Assembly: GCA_965223545.1 (NCBI GenBank)
Contig: OZ245006.1
Coordinates: forward strand, 7,040,001-7,104,000
From: Planctomycetota bacterium
GTDB taxonomy: Bacteria; Planctomycetota; UBA1135; UBA2386
DNA: 64,000 nt
Direction: 5' to 3'
Numbering within the stretch: position 1 is the stretch's first letter; every line of letters begins with the position of its first letter. Both the position numbers and the translations under genes were made by a program. Below are positions 17,503 through 27,381 of this stretch, piece by piece. The notes under the pieces are model-generated. The model was not told the DNA's origin. It made no database searches and saw only the letters and a list, made by a program, of their open reading frames with translations.

Positions 17503-19293
17503 ATGTCTGTGCAGACCTTCGCGGAGCCGGCGCGTGGCTCCAATCCTCGTCTGGGCTGGGCTTGGCCCATGCTCCCCGCCACGGTGGCGATGTTCTGCTT
17601 GACGTCGCTGATCTGCTACCACGTGTGGTGGGACGGCGCGGTCGAAGCCAGCGGCCTCTGGCAGTCGTTGACCGTCGGGATCTACCGATTCTTCGGCTTC
17701 GCGCCCGCCGTCGTGCTGTCGCTCATGGTGTTGGTGTGGAGCACCATCTGGTACGTCAGCGGCGCCATCGAGCGGCCGCTCGCACGCGTGCTCAAGGTGC
17801 TCGCGCTGACGCTGAGTCTGGCGATCGTCACCAGCCTGCGCGCCGACCCGTCCGAGGTCGTGCAGGGTGGCGTGATCGGCGAGTTCTTGGCCGTCCGGCT
17901 GCAGAGCGTGGTCGGGCACACGGTGAGCCTCGTGCTCATCGTGCCGGCCGTGGTGTGTTCGTTCCTGCTGGCGACGGACTTCCTGTTCCACCGCTACTTC
18001 GAGGACGCCACCGTGGACGGCGGCGAAGAGGCTGGTGTCGAGGCCGAGGCGGTTGCCGAGATGCAGGCGTTGCGGCTGGATGGTGCGGGTGCCGCCGTGC
18101 TGGAGCGTCCGGCGCCGGCGCGTCCGCAGGTGGTCGGTGCCGCCGGGGACGAGGAGGAGCGCGCCGAAGAACGTGCCGAAGAGGGCGCCGGCCAGGTCGA
18201 CCGGGAGGAGGCCCTCGGAGACGAGGACGAAGCCGCGGACGGAGACGCCGACGGCGTGATCGAGATGGCGGACGACTCGCCCTACCGGCGGCGCCGATGG
18301 CGCCGCTACGCGCACCTCGTCGTCGACTCGGAGCGGCTCCGCCGACACCCGCGCGGGGATGCCGACGACGAGGACGAGGCCAGCACTGGTGCACCGGCAG
18401 GGCTCGAACGAGAGCAAGCCACCGAGACGGTGACCGTGCTGGGGCGGCGCCGCGCGGCGGCCCTCGACCGGGACGTCGAGGACGTCGAAGACACCGACGA
18501 GCCGGTCGGGATCGCCGAGGTGGGCGAATTGGAGGAAGAGGAGACCGTCGTGCTGGCGGATGGCGATGCGACCGACAGTGAGCTCGGCGAGGGCGAGCTG
18601 GTTGAAGAGGAGCTCGAGGAAGACGTCGAGGACGAAGCCGAAGAGGCGGAAGGCGACGACTACGAGGACGAGGAGTACGAAGAGGAAGAGGACGAAGAGG
18701 AAGACGAGGACGTCGACGACGAGGACGAGGTCGACGAGGAAGACGAGGAAGAATACGAAGACGAAGAGGAAGCCGAAGAGGAAGGCGCCGAGGACGAGCA
18801 GGACGTCGAGCTGAGCTACGAAGAGGATGCCGAGGACGCGGATGAAGAAGACGCGGACGCGGACGACGAGGAGTACGAAGAGGACGAAGACGAGGAAGAG
18901 GCCGAAGTCGAGGACGAAGACGAGTACGAAGAGGACGCCACCGAAGAGGACGCCAGCGACGAGGACGACGTCGACGTCCCACAGGATCCGCGCGCCGGGG
19001 CCGGCACCCCGCGGACCGTCGAAGTGCCCAAGCCAGAGTGGCGCGTCGGTGGTCAGCCGGCCTCGCGGCAGGGCACGCTGTTCGAGGCCGCTGGCGAGGA
19101 CGCGGGGCTGCTGGAGGATGCCACCGACCTCGTCGTGAGCGCCCGGCGCGCCAGCGTTACCCTGCTCCAGCGCCGGCTTCGGCTGAGCTACGTCGATGCC
19201 CGCGATCTGTTGGATGCCCTGCGTGCGCGGGGCGTGGTGGGCGGCGAGCGCGGCGCCCCGCAGGGTGAGGTGCTGGTGGAGTCGGCCTCATAG
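17503..19293 (+). CDS. FtsK-like protein lacking the motor: TM domain, long D/E tract, gamma (winged-helix) domain
   Basis: FtsK-4TM-like N-terminus (GGVIGEFL, LLATDFLF versus MLATEWLL in ftsK); C-terminal RRASVTLLQRRLRLSY.DARDLLDAL..RGVVG; no Walker motifs. Confidence 0.82.
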   Translation: MSVQTFAEPARGSNPRLGWAWPMLPATVAMFCLTSLICYHVWWDGAVEASGLWQSLTVGIYRFFGFAPAVVLSLMVLVWSTIWYVSGAIERPLARVLKVLALTLSLAIVTSLRADPSEVVQGGVIGEFLAVRLQSVVGHTVSLVLIVPAVVCSFLLATDFLFHRYFEDATVDGGEEAGVEAEAVAEMQALRLDGAGAAVLERPAPARPQVVGAAGDEEERAEERAEEGAGQVDREEALGDEDEAADGDADGVIEMADDSPYRRRRWRRYAHLVVDSERLRRHPRGDADDEDEASTGAPAGLEREQATETVTVLGRRRAAALDRDVEDVEDTDEPVGIAEVGELEEEETVVLADGDATDSELGEGELVEEELEEDVEDEAEEAEGDDYEDEEYEEEEDEEEDEDVDDEDEVDEEDEEEYEDEEEAEEEGAEDEQDVELSYEEDAEDADEEDADADDEEYEEDEDEEEAEVEDEDEYEEDATEEDASDEDDVDVPQDPRAGAGTPRTVEVPKPEWRVGGQPASRQGTLFEAAGEDAGLLEDATDLVVSARRASVTLLQRRLRLSYVDARDLLDALRARGVVGGERGAPQGEVLVESAS

Positions 19294-19616
19294 CCGCCCG
19301 TCCGGCGGCGCACCGAGGGCATTGCCGGCGCGGCCGCGCGGAGATCCGGCGGCTTTGCCCGGCCGGTGGCGACTTTCTTGGCTGCCGGTTCTCGTTGTCC
19401 GGCAGTGGTTTGTCCCGGTCTCCACAAGTTGCTCAACTCTCGCCCACAGGGCACCGGCTTGTCTGCCATCGCCGATCGGCTACGACACAGAAGAACGGTG
19501 TTGCGCGCTCTCCGACACCGTCCGTCATGCCGCCGGTGGGCGCTGTTTGAGGCGGGCGGTGTGTGGGCGGAGTGGCGCTCAAGGTTGGGTGCTCCCCAGG
19601 TTGTCGAGGGTGGCGG

Positions 19617-20969
19617 ATGGTGGATTTCAGTGCGGGGCCCGAAGGGCGTGGTGTGCCGCGGAACATGGAGGCGGAGCGCTCGGTGCTGGGTGCGCTCATG
19701 CTGCACAGCTCGGCCGTGGCGGACGTCAGCCACGTCGTCAAACCGGAGGATTTTTACCATCCACCGCATCAGCTGATCTTCCGCGCCATCGTCGAGACCT
19801 ACGACCGTGCTTCGCACACGGACGTGATCTCGGTGGAGGAGGACCTCGACCGCAAGGGGGAGCTGGTCGAGGCGGGGGGGCGCGATGCCCTCCTCGACCT
19901 GGCGCAGTCCGTCGTGTCGGCGGCCGCGGTCAGCTACCACGCCGAGATCGTGCGCGAGAAGGCGATCGCGCGGCGGCTGCTGGAGACGTGTCTGGACCTG
20001 TCGCGCCGCGCCTACGAGAACAGCGCGACCCCCGCCGAGCTCCTCGATGAAGCCGAGCGGCGCATCTTCGAGATCGCCCGGGTCAAGACCGCGGCCGATG
20101 CTGCCTCGATCTCCGAGCTGATCCAGCAGACCTTCGACAAGCTGGAGAAGCTGCGCGACCGCGCAGGGCGGATCACCGGTGTGCCGAGCGAGTACTTCGA
20201 TCTCGACGACATGACGTCGGGTTTCCAGCCCGGCGAGCTGGTGATCCTGGCGGCGCGGCCGTCGATGGGCAAGACCTCGTTCGCGCTGAATCTCACCGAA
20301 CGCGCCTCGACGCGCGGCTACGGTGTCGCGCTGTTCAGCCTCGAGATGTCCAGCCAGCAAATCATCCAGAACATGCTGTGCGCGCGCGCCCAGATCGATG
20401 GCCAGGCGCTGCGGCGAGGCGCAATTACGGTCGATCAGCTGGCGCACCTGCAGGACATGGCGAGCGCTCTGTACGAGGCGCCGATCTTCATCGACGACAC
20501 CGCCGGCCTCACCGTCAGCGCGGTGCGGGCCAAGTGCCGGCGGCTGAAGCAGAAGCACGACATCAAGATGGTGGTGATCGACTACTTGCAGCTGCTGACC
20601 ACCGGCGGCAGAGTGGAGAGCCGACAGCAGGAGATCTCGACGATCTCCCGCACGTTGAAGGCGGTGGCGCGCGAACTCGAGGTGCCGGTCATCGCCCTTT
20701 CTCAGCTCAACCGCGACGTCGAGGCGCGCGACAACAACCGGCCGAGGATGAGCGATCTGCGCGAGTCGGGCGCCATCGAGCAGGACGCGGACGTGATCAT
20801 GCTGTTGCACCGCGAGGAGTACTTCAAACCGACCGAGGACAACCGCGGGCTGGCGCAGGTGATCATCGCCAAGCAGCGCAACGGCCCGACCGGAGAGGTG
20901 ACGTTGCGCTTCTTCCGGCAGTTCATGCGTTTCGAGAACTTCCAGCGCCGGCCGGAGCCGGTGGGTTAG
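19617..20969 (+). CDS. dnaB: Replicative DNA helicase
   Basis: EAERSVLGALM, LAARPSMGKT, FSLEMS, IDYLQL, LSQLNR, DLRESGAIEQDAD, AKQRNGPTG. Confidence 0.97.
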   Translation: MVDFSAGPEGRGVPRNMEAERSVLGALMLHSSAVADVSHVVKPEDFYHPPHQLIFRAIVETYDRASHTDVISVEEDLDRKGELVEAGGRDALLDLAQSVVSAAAVSYHAEIVREKAIARRLLETCLDLSRRAYENSATPAELLDEAERRIFEIARVKTAADAASISELIQQTFDKLEKLRDRAGRITGVPSEYFDLDDMTSGFQPGELVILAARPSMGKTSFALNLTERASTRGYGVALFSLEMSSQQIIQNMLCARAQIDGQALRRGAITVDQLAHLQDMASALYEAPIFIDDTAGLTVSAVRAKCRRLKQKHDIKMVVIDYLQLLTTGGRVESRQQEISTISRTLKAVARELEVPVIALSQLNRDVEARDNNRPRMSDLRESGAIEQDADVIMLLHREEYFKPTEDNRGLAQVIIAKQRNGPTGEVTLRFFRQFMRFENFQRRPEPVG

Positions 20970-20978
20970 AGATCGAGC

Positions 20979-23522
20979 ATGGCGCAGGTGGTGGGCGGGG
21001 CGTTCCTGCCGGCGCTCGGCTTGGCGATGGCGGTGCTGGGCGCGCCGCTTCGCGCGCAGCCGGTTCCTGCACAACCGACCCCGCCGGCGGCGGGCCAGCA
21101 GGATCCCCGCCAGCAGGTCGAGGGGCTGCCGATCCGCTCGATCCGCATCGAGGGGGCGCGCGACGAGGAGGCCGTCCGCCGCCTGTTCCAAACCAGGGTG
21201 GGTGAGCCGCTGCGGGGTGCGGTGGTCGCCGAGGATCTGCGCAATCTGTGGAAGCAGCAGCGCTACCAGGTGACCGCGTGGGCGGCACCGACGCCGGACG
21301 GCGGCGTGGCCGTCACCTTCGAGGTGGTCGAGCCGTTCAGCTACGAGAACGTCGAGTTCTTGGGCATGGAGCGCTACACCGAGCAGGAAGCGCGCCAGAT
21401 GATCGACATCATCGGCGCGCAGCGCACCACCAGCACCGATGCGGACGACCACCGGCGCATCCTGTTGCAGCGCTACCGGCGCGACGGCTACCACTACGTC
21501 AGCATCCAGCTCGAGAAGGACGAGGAGACCAGCACGCTGCGCTTCGTCATCGACGAGGGGCCCGAGGTCGTCGTCCGCGAGGTCCACATCATCGGCAACA
21601 CCGCGTTTCCGGCCGACGCGCTGTGGGGACCCGACCTGATCGGCGGCGCCGAGCTGGAGAGCAAGCCGGCCAACTTGATCCGCGGCGTGCCCTTCAGCGA
21701 GGAGGTCGTCGACGAGGACGTGCAGCGCTTGCAGTGGTTCTACCGGGCGCGCGGCTACCGGGATGCGCGCGCGTTCCTCGCCGCGGTCGAGTTCACGCAA
21801 GCCCAGGACGAGGTCGATCTGACCCTTCGCGTCATCGAAGGACCGCGCTACAAGGTGCGCAGCGTGTCCATCGAGCACTTCGACGGGCTCGAGCCGACGG
21901 CGGAGCACCTGTATCCGCCCGAAGAGATCCTCGCCCGGCTCCAGCTCAAGCCCGGCGACGATTACGACCGCGACCTCGTCAACCGCGACAAGCGCGAGAT
22001 CGAGCGCTACTACGGCGAGCGCGGCCATCCGATGCAGGGTCGCTACGGCGCGGCGCCGTTGGTCGACGCGTTCGAGTGGGCGACGCAGAACTGGATGCAG
22101 CCGCGGGAGACGTTCGTCGAAGGCGCCGCCGAGATCGACCTGGTCTATCAGATCGTCGAGGGGTCGCCCAAGACGCTGCGCGACGTCACCATTCGCGGCA
22201 ACACCGACACCCAGGACCGGGTGGTGCGGCGCCGCGTGCAGGTGCGGCCCGGCGAGCAGCTGGACCTGAGCCAGGTCGACCGCTCGATCCAGCTGCTGTC
22301 GTCGCTGCGCTACTTCAACGACCCCGACACTCTGGTCGGGCCGCGCTTCGAGCTGCGGCCGGTGAGTGGCTCGCCCGATGTCGTCGACCTCGAGATCGAG
22401 GTGGCGGAGGGTGACACCGGCTCCTTCATCTGGGGAGCCGGTGTCAGCACCGGCGCCGGCGTGCAGGCGCGGTTCCAGCTGACCAAGCGCAACTTCGACC
22501 TGTTCCGCCTGCCCAGCTCTCCGGGCCTGTTCACCCTGTTCGACGAGATCACCACCAACAAGGCCTTCCACGGCGCCGGCCAGGAGCTCGAGCTGCTGGC
22601 GGCGCCCGGTACCGAGATCAGCACGTTCCGGCTGTCGTTCTACGAGCCGGACTTGTTCCGCGATCACGTCGACACCATCGGGCTGCGCGTGCAGGGGTTT
22701 CGCAGCATCCGCATCCTCGACTCGTTCGACAGCGACTCGCGCGGCCTGATCGTCGGCCTGCAACGCAACTTCACCGAGTCGGTGTCCCTCGGCGTCTCGC
22801 TGCGGCAGGAAACCACCGAGGTCGAGAGCGTCGACGCCAACGCCCCGGGCATCGTCTTCGACGCCGAGGGCCAGACCGAGATCCGCAGCGGCGCCATCCA
22901 GCTGTCGCTCCGGGACCTCGACGACTTCTTGTTTCCCAGCACCGGGTACGACGTTCTCGCCAGCGCCGAGATCGCCGGCGGACTGCTCGGCGGCGAAGAG
23001 GATTTCTACAAGCTGCGGTTGCGCGGTGAGTGGTTCCACCGCCTGGCGGTCGACGAACTCGAGCGGCCGCACGTGCTGCACCTGCGGCAGGACTTCGAGT
23101 ACGGCCACGCCTACTCGAACACCGACGATCTGTTCCTGACCGAGCGCTTCTACATGGGCGGCACCAATCTCCGTGGCTTCGACCAGCGCCGCGCCGGCCC
23201 GACGCAGTTCGGCCGTCCCCTGGGCGGCGAGGCCATGCTGCTGCTGCGCTCCGAGTACCTGTTCCCGCTGGTGTCCACCAGACAACAGCGCGCCATCCGC
23301 GAGGTCGAGCTCCTGCGCGGCGTGGTGTTCGCCGACGCGGGCCTGCTCGGCACCGGCATCGACGACGCCAGCTTCGGCGAGCTGCGCGCCAGCGTCGGAT
23401 TCGGGTTGCGGATCCACGTGCCGATTCTCGGTGTCCCCATCGCCCTCGACTTCGGCTTCCCGATCTCCTACGAGGGCACCGACGACCGGCAGGTGTTCAG
23501 CTTCTCGCTTTCGTCGCGCTGA
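20979..23522 (+). CDS. bamA: Outer-membrane protein assembly factor (BamA/Omp85)
   Basis: Signal peptide, POTRA repeats (IRGNTDTQDRVVRR), ERFYMGG.NLRGF, ASVGFGLR, PIALDFGFP. Confidence 0.92.
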   Translation: MAQVVGGAFLPALGLAMAVLGAPLRAQPVPAQPTPPAAGQQDPRQQVEGLPIRSIRIEGARDEEAVRRLFQTRVGEPLRGAVVAEDLRNLWKQQRYQVTAWAAPTPDGGVAVTFEVVEPFSYENVEFLGMERYTEQEARQMIDIIGAQRTTSTDADDHRRILLQRYRRDGYHYVSIQLEKDEETSTLRFVIDEGPEVVVREVHIIGNTAFPADALWGPDLIGGAELESKPANLIRGVPFSEEVVDEDVQRLQWFYRARGYRDARAFLAAVEFTQAQDEVDLTLRVIEGPRYKVRSVSIEHFDGLEPTAEHLYPPEEILARLQLKPGDDYDRDLVNRDKREIERYYGERGHPMQGRYGAAPLVDAFEWATQNWMQPRETFVEGAAEIDLVYQIVEGSPKTLRDVTIRGNTDTQDRVVRRRVQVRPGEQLDLSQVDRSIQLLSSLRYFNDPDTLVGPRFELRPVSGSPDVVDLEIEVAEGDTGSFIWGAGVSTGAGVQARFQLTKRNFDLFRLPSSPGLFTLFDEITTNKAFHGAGQELELLAAPGTEISTFRLSFYEPDLFRDHVDTIGLRVQGFRSIRILDSFDSDSRGLIVGLQRNFTESVSLGVSLRQETTEVESVDANAPGIVFDAEGQTEIRSGAIQLSLRDLDDFLFPSTGYDVLASAEIAGGLLGGEEDFYKLRLRGEWFHRLAVDELERPHVLHLRQDFEYGHAYSNTDDLFLTERFYMGGTNLRGFDQRRAGPTQFGRPLGGEAMLLLRSEYLFPLVSTRQQRAIREVELLRGVVFADAGLLGTGIDDASFGELRASVGFGLRIHVPILGVPIALDFGFPISYEGTDDRQVFSFSLSSR

Positions 23523-23614
23523 GCGTCGGGGGCCGAGGATGTTCGAGCGGCGAGCGGCACAACCTGTCGGAAGGCTCGATGCCGCTGGAACTTCGACAAC
23601 GCAACTCCCGGAGG

Positions 23615-23982
23615 CTTCCATGAGAGGGGCGATCCCGTCAACAGCTCTTTGTCTGTGGATCTGTTCTTCTTGAGAATCTGGGCGCCTTGGCGCCGCCCTG
23701 CGCGACAAGCTTCGGACTCCGCAGGCTTCCATACGCACTCTGATGGCCTCGTCCGAGACCGGTGCACGATGAGATCCGTCCGACCCGGCGCAGCTTTCTT
23801 CCATGAGAGGGGCGATCCCGTCAACAGCTCTTTGTCTGTGGATCTGTTCTTCTTGAGAATCTGGGCGCCTTGGCGCCGCCCTGCGCGACAAGCTTCGGAC
23901 TCCGCAGGCTTCCATACGCACTCTGATGGCCTCGTCCGAGACCGGTGCACGATGAGATCCGTCCGACCCGGCGCAGCTTTCT
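23615..23982. repeat. 183-bp tandem duplication of the IS1111 right end
   Basis: 23615-23797 repeated at 23798-23980. Confidence 0.93.
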
Positions 23983-24060
23983 CGATAACGGCCTCGAGGG
24001 CCAAGCCTCCGGTCGCTGTCGCCGGGATCGGGCGGTGAGTCTTCAGCAGTGCAGGAGCGG
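23830..24060 (-). ncRNA. Putative bridge/seek RNA of the IS1111 element (ends approximate)
   Basis: Guide-like segments matching target flanks (24004-24012, 23981-23989) and element ends (23955-23958, 23909-23915), each pair separated by a hairpin. Confidence 0.7.
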
Positions 24061-25068
24061 CATCACGCCAGGTTCCTCCACGGTATTCGGTTGGTTGGGG
24101 GTGGGGCGATCATGGTTGGGTCATACCGCGGTGTGGGCAGCTACGCGGTCGCTGTTGTGGAGTGGGTCGTAGACCAAGCCATGACGCCACAGCCGATGCA
24201 GCAGTAGCGCGAGCTTGCGGGCAACCGCGACCGCCGCGCGTTTCCTCGCGCCGCGGCCGCCGCGGGCGATCAGGCGTTGCCCGAAGCGCCGGAGGTCACA
24301 GTCCTTGCCGAACGGGCCGAGGATGTAGTGCGCACACTGCACCAGAAGCCGTCTCAGATAGCCGTCGCCAGCCTTGCTGATCGACAGCTCCGGATTGCTG
24401 TCGCCCGACGCGAAGCTCTTTGGGCACAAGCCGAGCCAGGAGCCCACGCGGCGGCTTTCGGCGAATCGTGTCGGATCCTCGATCGTCAGCACGAACGCGG
24501 TCGCTGTGACCGGCCCCACGCCGTTGACTTGCTGCACGACGGCGACCTCGGGGTATCGCTCGCGGCTCGCCTCGACGAGCGCCTTGTCGAGCTCGTCGAT
24601 CCGGCGGGACAGGTCGGCGATCAAGTCCAGCAGCGGCTCCGCCGCAGTGAGTAGCAGGACCGGCATGGACTCGCGAGCTCGCTTCGGGAACGCCGCGGTC
24701 GATGCCGACGGCAGCCGGACGCCGAAGCCCTTCGCCAGGCTCCGGACCTGCTGCACTGCCATCGTCCGCATCCTCACCAGCAGGTCGCGCGCACGAATGA
24801 CCGACAGGTCGGCCTGTGCCTGCTCGCTGCGGTGGTGGATCGTGCCGAGCAACTCGGGCATCCCTGCCTCCAGGCGAGCCAGGGTCTCGGCATCGCGCCG
24901 GTCGGTCTTGCGAGGATCCTTGGCGATCAGCTGCACTCGGCGCGGGTCCACGACGTGAACGTCGTAGCCCTCCGAGCGCAACCGCCGAGACATCCAGGCC
25001 GACTGCGAGCCGTAACTGTTCCGGCAACCACGTCTGCAAACGCTCGAGTCGTTCGCCACGATGCGGCC

Positions 25069-25398
25069 ATGTCGAAGCGAGCAAGTCGTCGCCGTGAGAT
25101 CCGGCAGGTTCTCGCGCTCCGCGAGCAGGAAGGGTTTTCGCTGCGTGCGCTCTCGGAGCGGTTCGGTATCCCGATCGGGACGCTGAGTTGGTGGTCGCAT
25201 CGGTTGCGATCGGAGGAGAGCACTGGGTTCGCGGAGGTCCGAGTCGTCGATCGCGATGGTCGGGGCCGGACGAGTAACGACGAGGGCGAGAGCTCGAGCC
25301 TTGTGCGGCTCAGGTTCCCGGCGGGCGTCGTCGCGGAGTTCGAGGGCGCGATTGCTCAAGACATCGCGTACCGCTTGCTGGACTCTGTGGCCGACTGA
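25069..25398 (+). CDS. tnpA: IS66 accessory protein TnpA
   Basis: HTH (SLRALSERFGIPIGTLSWW), FAEV motif; stop overlaps the next start. Confidence 0.82.
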   Translation: MSKRASRRREIRQVLALREQEGFSLRALSERFGIPIGTLSWWSHRLRSEESTGFAEVRVVDRDGRGRTSNDEGESSSLVRLRFPAGVVAEFEGAIAQDIAYRLLDSVAD

Positions 25399-25811
25399 TG
25401 CTGGCCTTCCCAGCGGGCGTGCGCGTGTACGTCGCCAACGAGCCAACCGACATGAGGAAGTCGTTCGACGGGCTGAGCGCGATCGTCCAGCACAGCTTTC
25501 ATCGGGATCCGTTCGATGGCGACGTCTTCGCGTTCTTCAACCGGCGTCGCGATCGCGTGAAGATCTTGTTCTGGGATCGCAACGGTTTCTGGATCTCGAT
25601 GAAGCGACTCGAGCGCGGCACGTTTGACAGTTGGCGTCCCAAGAGCGGCGACGCCACACATGTCGAAGTCGAGCGCGCACAGCTCGTGATGTTGCTCGAA
25701 GGGATTGATCTGAAATCCGCCAAGTTTCGTCGGCATTACTCGCGCTCTGTTCGTATCAATGGTCGCGATGGGCGGTCGCAAGCAAACGGTCAACGTCGAC
25801 GCACTGGATGA
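25398..25811 (+). CDS. tnpB: IS66 accessory protein TnpB
   Basis: PTDMRKSFDGL, FFNRRRDRVKILFWD.NGF...KRLERG. Confidence 0.95.
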   Translation: MLAFPAGVRVYVANEPTDMRKSFDGLSAIVQHSFHRDPFDGDVFAFFNRRRDRVKILFWDRNGFWISMKRLERGTFDSWRPKSGDATHVEVERAQLVMLLEGIDLKSAKFRRHYSRSVRINGRDGRSQANGQRRRTG

Positions 25812-27381
25812 GGCGCAGCTACGTGCCTTGATCCCGGATCTGCTCACGCAGATCTCGTCGCTGAAGTCGCAGATGTCCGACCTTCAGCGCATGCTGTTCG
25901 GTCGCCGCTCGGAGAAGAGCCGCTACATCGACCCGCGACAGCTGCTGCCGTTCGCGCAAGAGGCTGTAGAGGAAGCGGGAGCCGACGCCAAGGCGGCCGA
26001 AGAAGAGGCCGAAGAGATCACCGTCCCCGAGCACAAGCGCAAGCGCACCAAGCGACGCAAGGACTTCCCAGAGCATCTTCCGCGGCAACGCTCCGTATTC
26101 ACGATCGAGGGCGAGGACCTGCTGTGCCCTTGCTGCGGCAACGGCCGTCGGGAGTTCGGCGAAGAGGTCTCGCAGGAGCTCGAGCGCATCGAGCTCTCGT
26201 TCGTCCACCAGATCGTGAGGAAGAAGTACTCCTGCGCGACCTGTCAGGGCTACGTCGTCGTCGCCGCGGGCCCCACCCGAGTCCTCGACAAAAGCATCCT
26301 CGGCCCCGGCTTCCTTGCGCAGATCATCTTCGACCGCTTTGCCAACCACATGCCGTACGCGCGGTTGGAGAAGAAGTACGCAGCCGAGGGGCTCAGCCTG
26401 TCGCGTAGCGTCCTATGCACTTCGGCGATGCGCTGTGCCGAGCTCCTGAAGCCCGTGTTCGATGCCCATGTCGAGCAAGTTCTCGAGAGCCTCGACACCT
26501 CCGTCCTGCAGGTGGACGACACCTACGGCAACCAGCGCAACGGCCGAAACCCCGGACAGAAAAAGATCCACGTGTGGGCGTGGCGCGATCAACACGCCGG
26601 GGTTTTCTACACCGCTACGGACTCACGCAATCGCGGCAGCCCCAAAGAGGTCTTGGGCGACCGCGGTGGTCGGTTGCAGTGCGATGGCCATGACTGCTAC
26701 AGCGATCTCGATCCAACCAGCATCGCGCGCATCGGATGCTGGGCACACCTTCGTCGCTACTTCGTGAATGCGCGGAAGCTCGGCGACTCGACCACGGAGA
26801 AGGCTCTGGGCTGGATCGGCAAGCTGTTCGCGATCGAGAGCGTCGCCAAGAAGGGCAAAGATGGTCGACCCTTCACGGATGACGAGCTGGTCGAGGTCCG
26901 TCAGCGCGACTCTCGCCCGATTGCGAACGCGCTCAAGGCTTGGCTCGAGCAGATGCACATCGACCAGCCGAGCCTCCCGAAGGGGCCGCTCATGGAGGGA
27001 GTTCGCTACGGGCTCAACCAGTGGCCTGCTCTCGAGCGCTTCCTGACCGATGGCCGCATCCGCGAGATCTCGAACAACGGTTGCGAGCGTGCTCTGCGTG
27101 CAGTCGTGATCGGCAAGAAGAACTGGCTCTTCTTCGGATCCGAGGACGGCACCCAAGCTTCACTCATCCTCTTGAGTCTCGTCCAGTCGTGTCGAGAGCA
27201 TGGCATCAGCCCGCTGCTCTACCTGCGGGATGTGCTTCACGCGATCTCGACCACTCCTGCCTCCCAGGTCGGTCAGCTGACTCCGCGTGGCTGGATGCTG
27301 GGACGGCAACGGCGTGCCCAGATCGCCAAAGCCGACAACGCGATCGACAACATCGTGCGTCAGTTGTTCGTGGGCTCGTAG
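25759..27381 (+). CDS. tnpC: IS66 DDE transposase TnpC
   Basis: LFGRRSEK, CPCC...CATC, LQVDDT, LQCDG, GCWAHLRRYF, ISNNGCERALR, KKNWLFFGS. Confidence 0.95.
   Translation: MVAMGGRKQTVNVDALDEAQLRALIPDLLTQISSLKSQMSDLQRMLFGRRSEKSRYIDPRQLLPFAQEAVEEAGADAKAAEEEAEEITVPEHKRKRTKRRKDFPEHLPRQRSVFTIEGEDLLCPCCGNGRREFGEEVSQELERIELSFVHQIVRKKYSCATCQGYVVVAAGPTRVLDKSILGPGFLAQIIFDRFANHMPYARLEKKYAAEGLSLSRSVLCTSAMRCAELLKPVFDAHVEQVLESLDTSVLQVDDTYGNQRNGRNPGQKKIHVWAWRDQHAGVFYTATDSRNRGSPKEVLGDRGGRLQCDGHDCYSDLDPTSIARIGCWAHLRRYFVNARKLGDSTTEKALGWIGKLFAIESVAKKGKDGRPFTDDELVEVRQRDSRPIANALKAWLEQMHIDQPSLPKGPLMEGVRYGLNQWPALERFLTDGRIREISNNGCERALRAVVIGKKNWLFFGSEDGTQASLILLSLVQSCREHGISPLLYLRDVLHAISTTPASQVGQLTPRGWMLGRQRRAQIAKADNAIDNIVRQLFVGS

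Noticed and set aside
17503..19293. Acidic FtsK paralogue as a MamJ-like partner of the MamK-like actin
   Set aside because: Similarity is only compositional and the genes are about 17 kb apart; no supporting evidence
19294..19616. Replication origin / DnaA boxes upstream of dnaB
   Set aside because: Only degenerate CCACA-type matches, no AT-rich unwinding element, no dnaA
19188..23921. 1577-aa minus-strand ORF and other long antisense ORFs (e.g. 4980-7547, 38953-41616, 44965-47961, 48115-50919, 59659-62259)
   Set aside because: Shadow frames of well-supported opposite-strand genes in GC-rich DNA
24121..25446. Intact 441-aa IS110 transposase as in the ORF track
   Set aside because: Its N-terminus is antisense IS66 sequence; the true N-terminus lies at 27503-27696
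25398..25811. IS200/IS605 TnpB RNA-guided nuclease
   Set aside because: This is the 137-aa IS66 accessory TnpB; no RuvC or zinc-finger motifs
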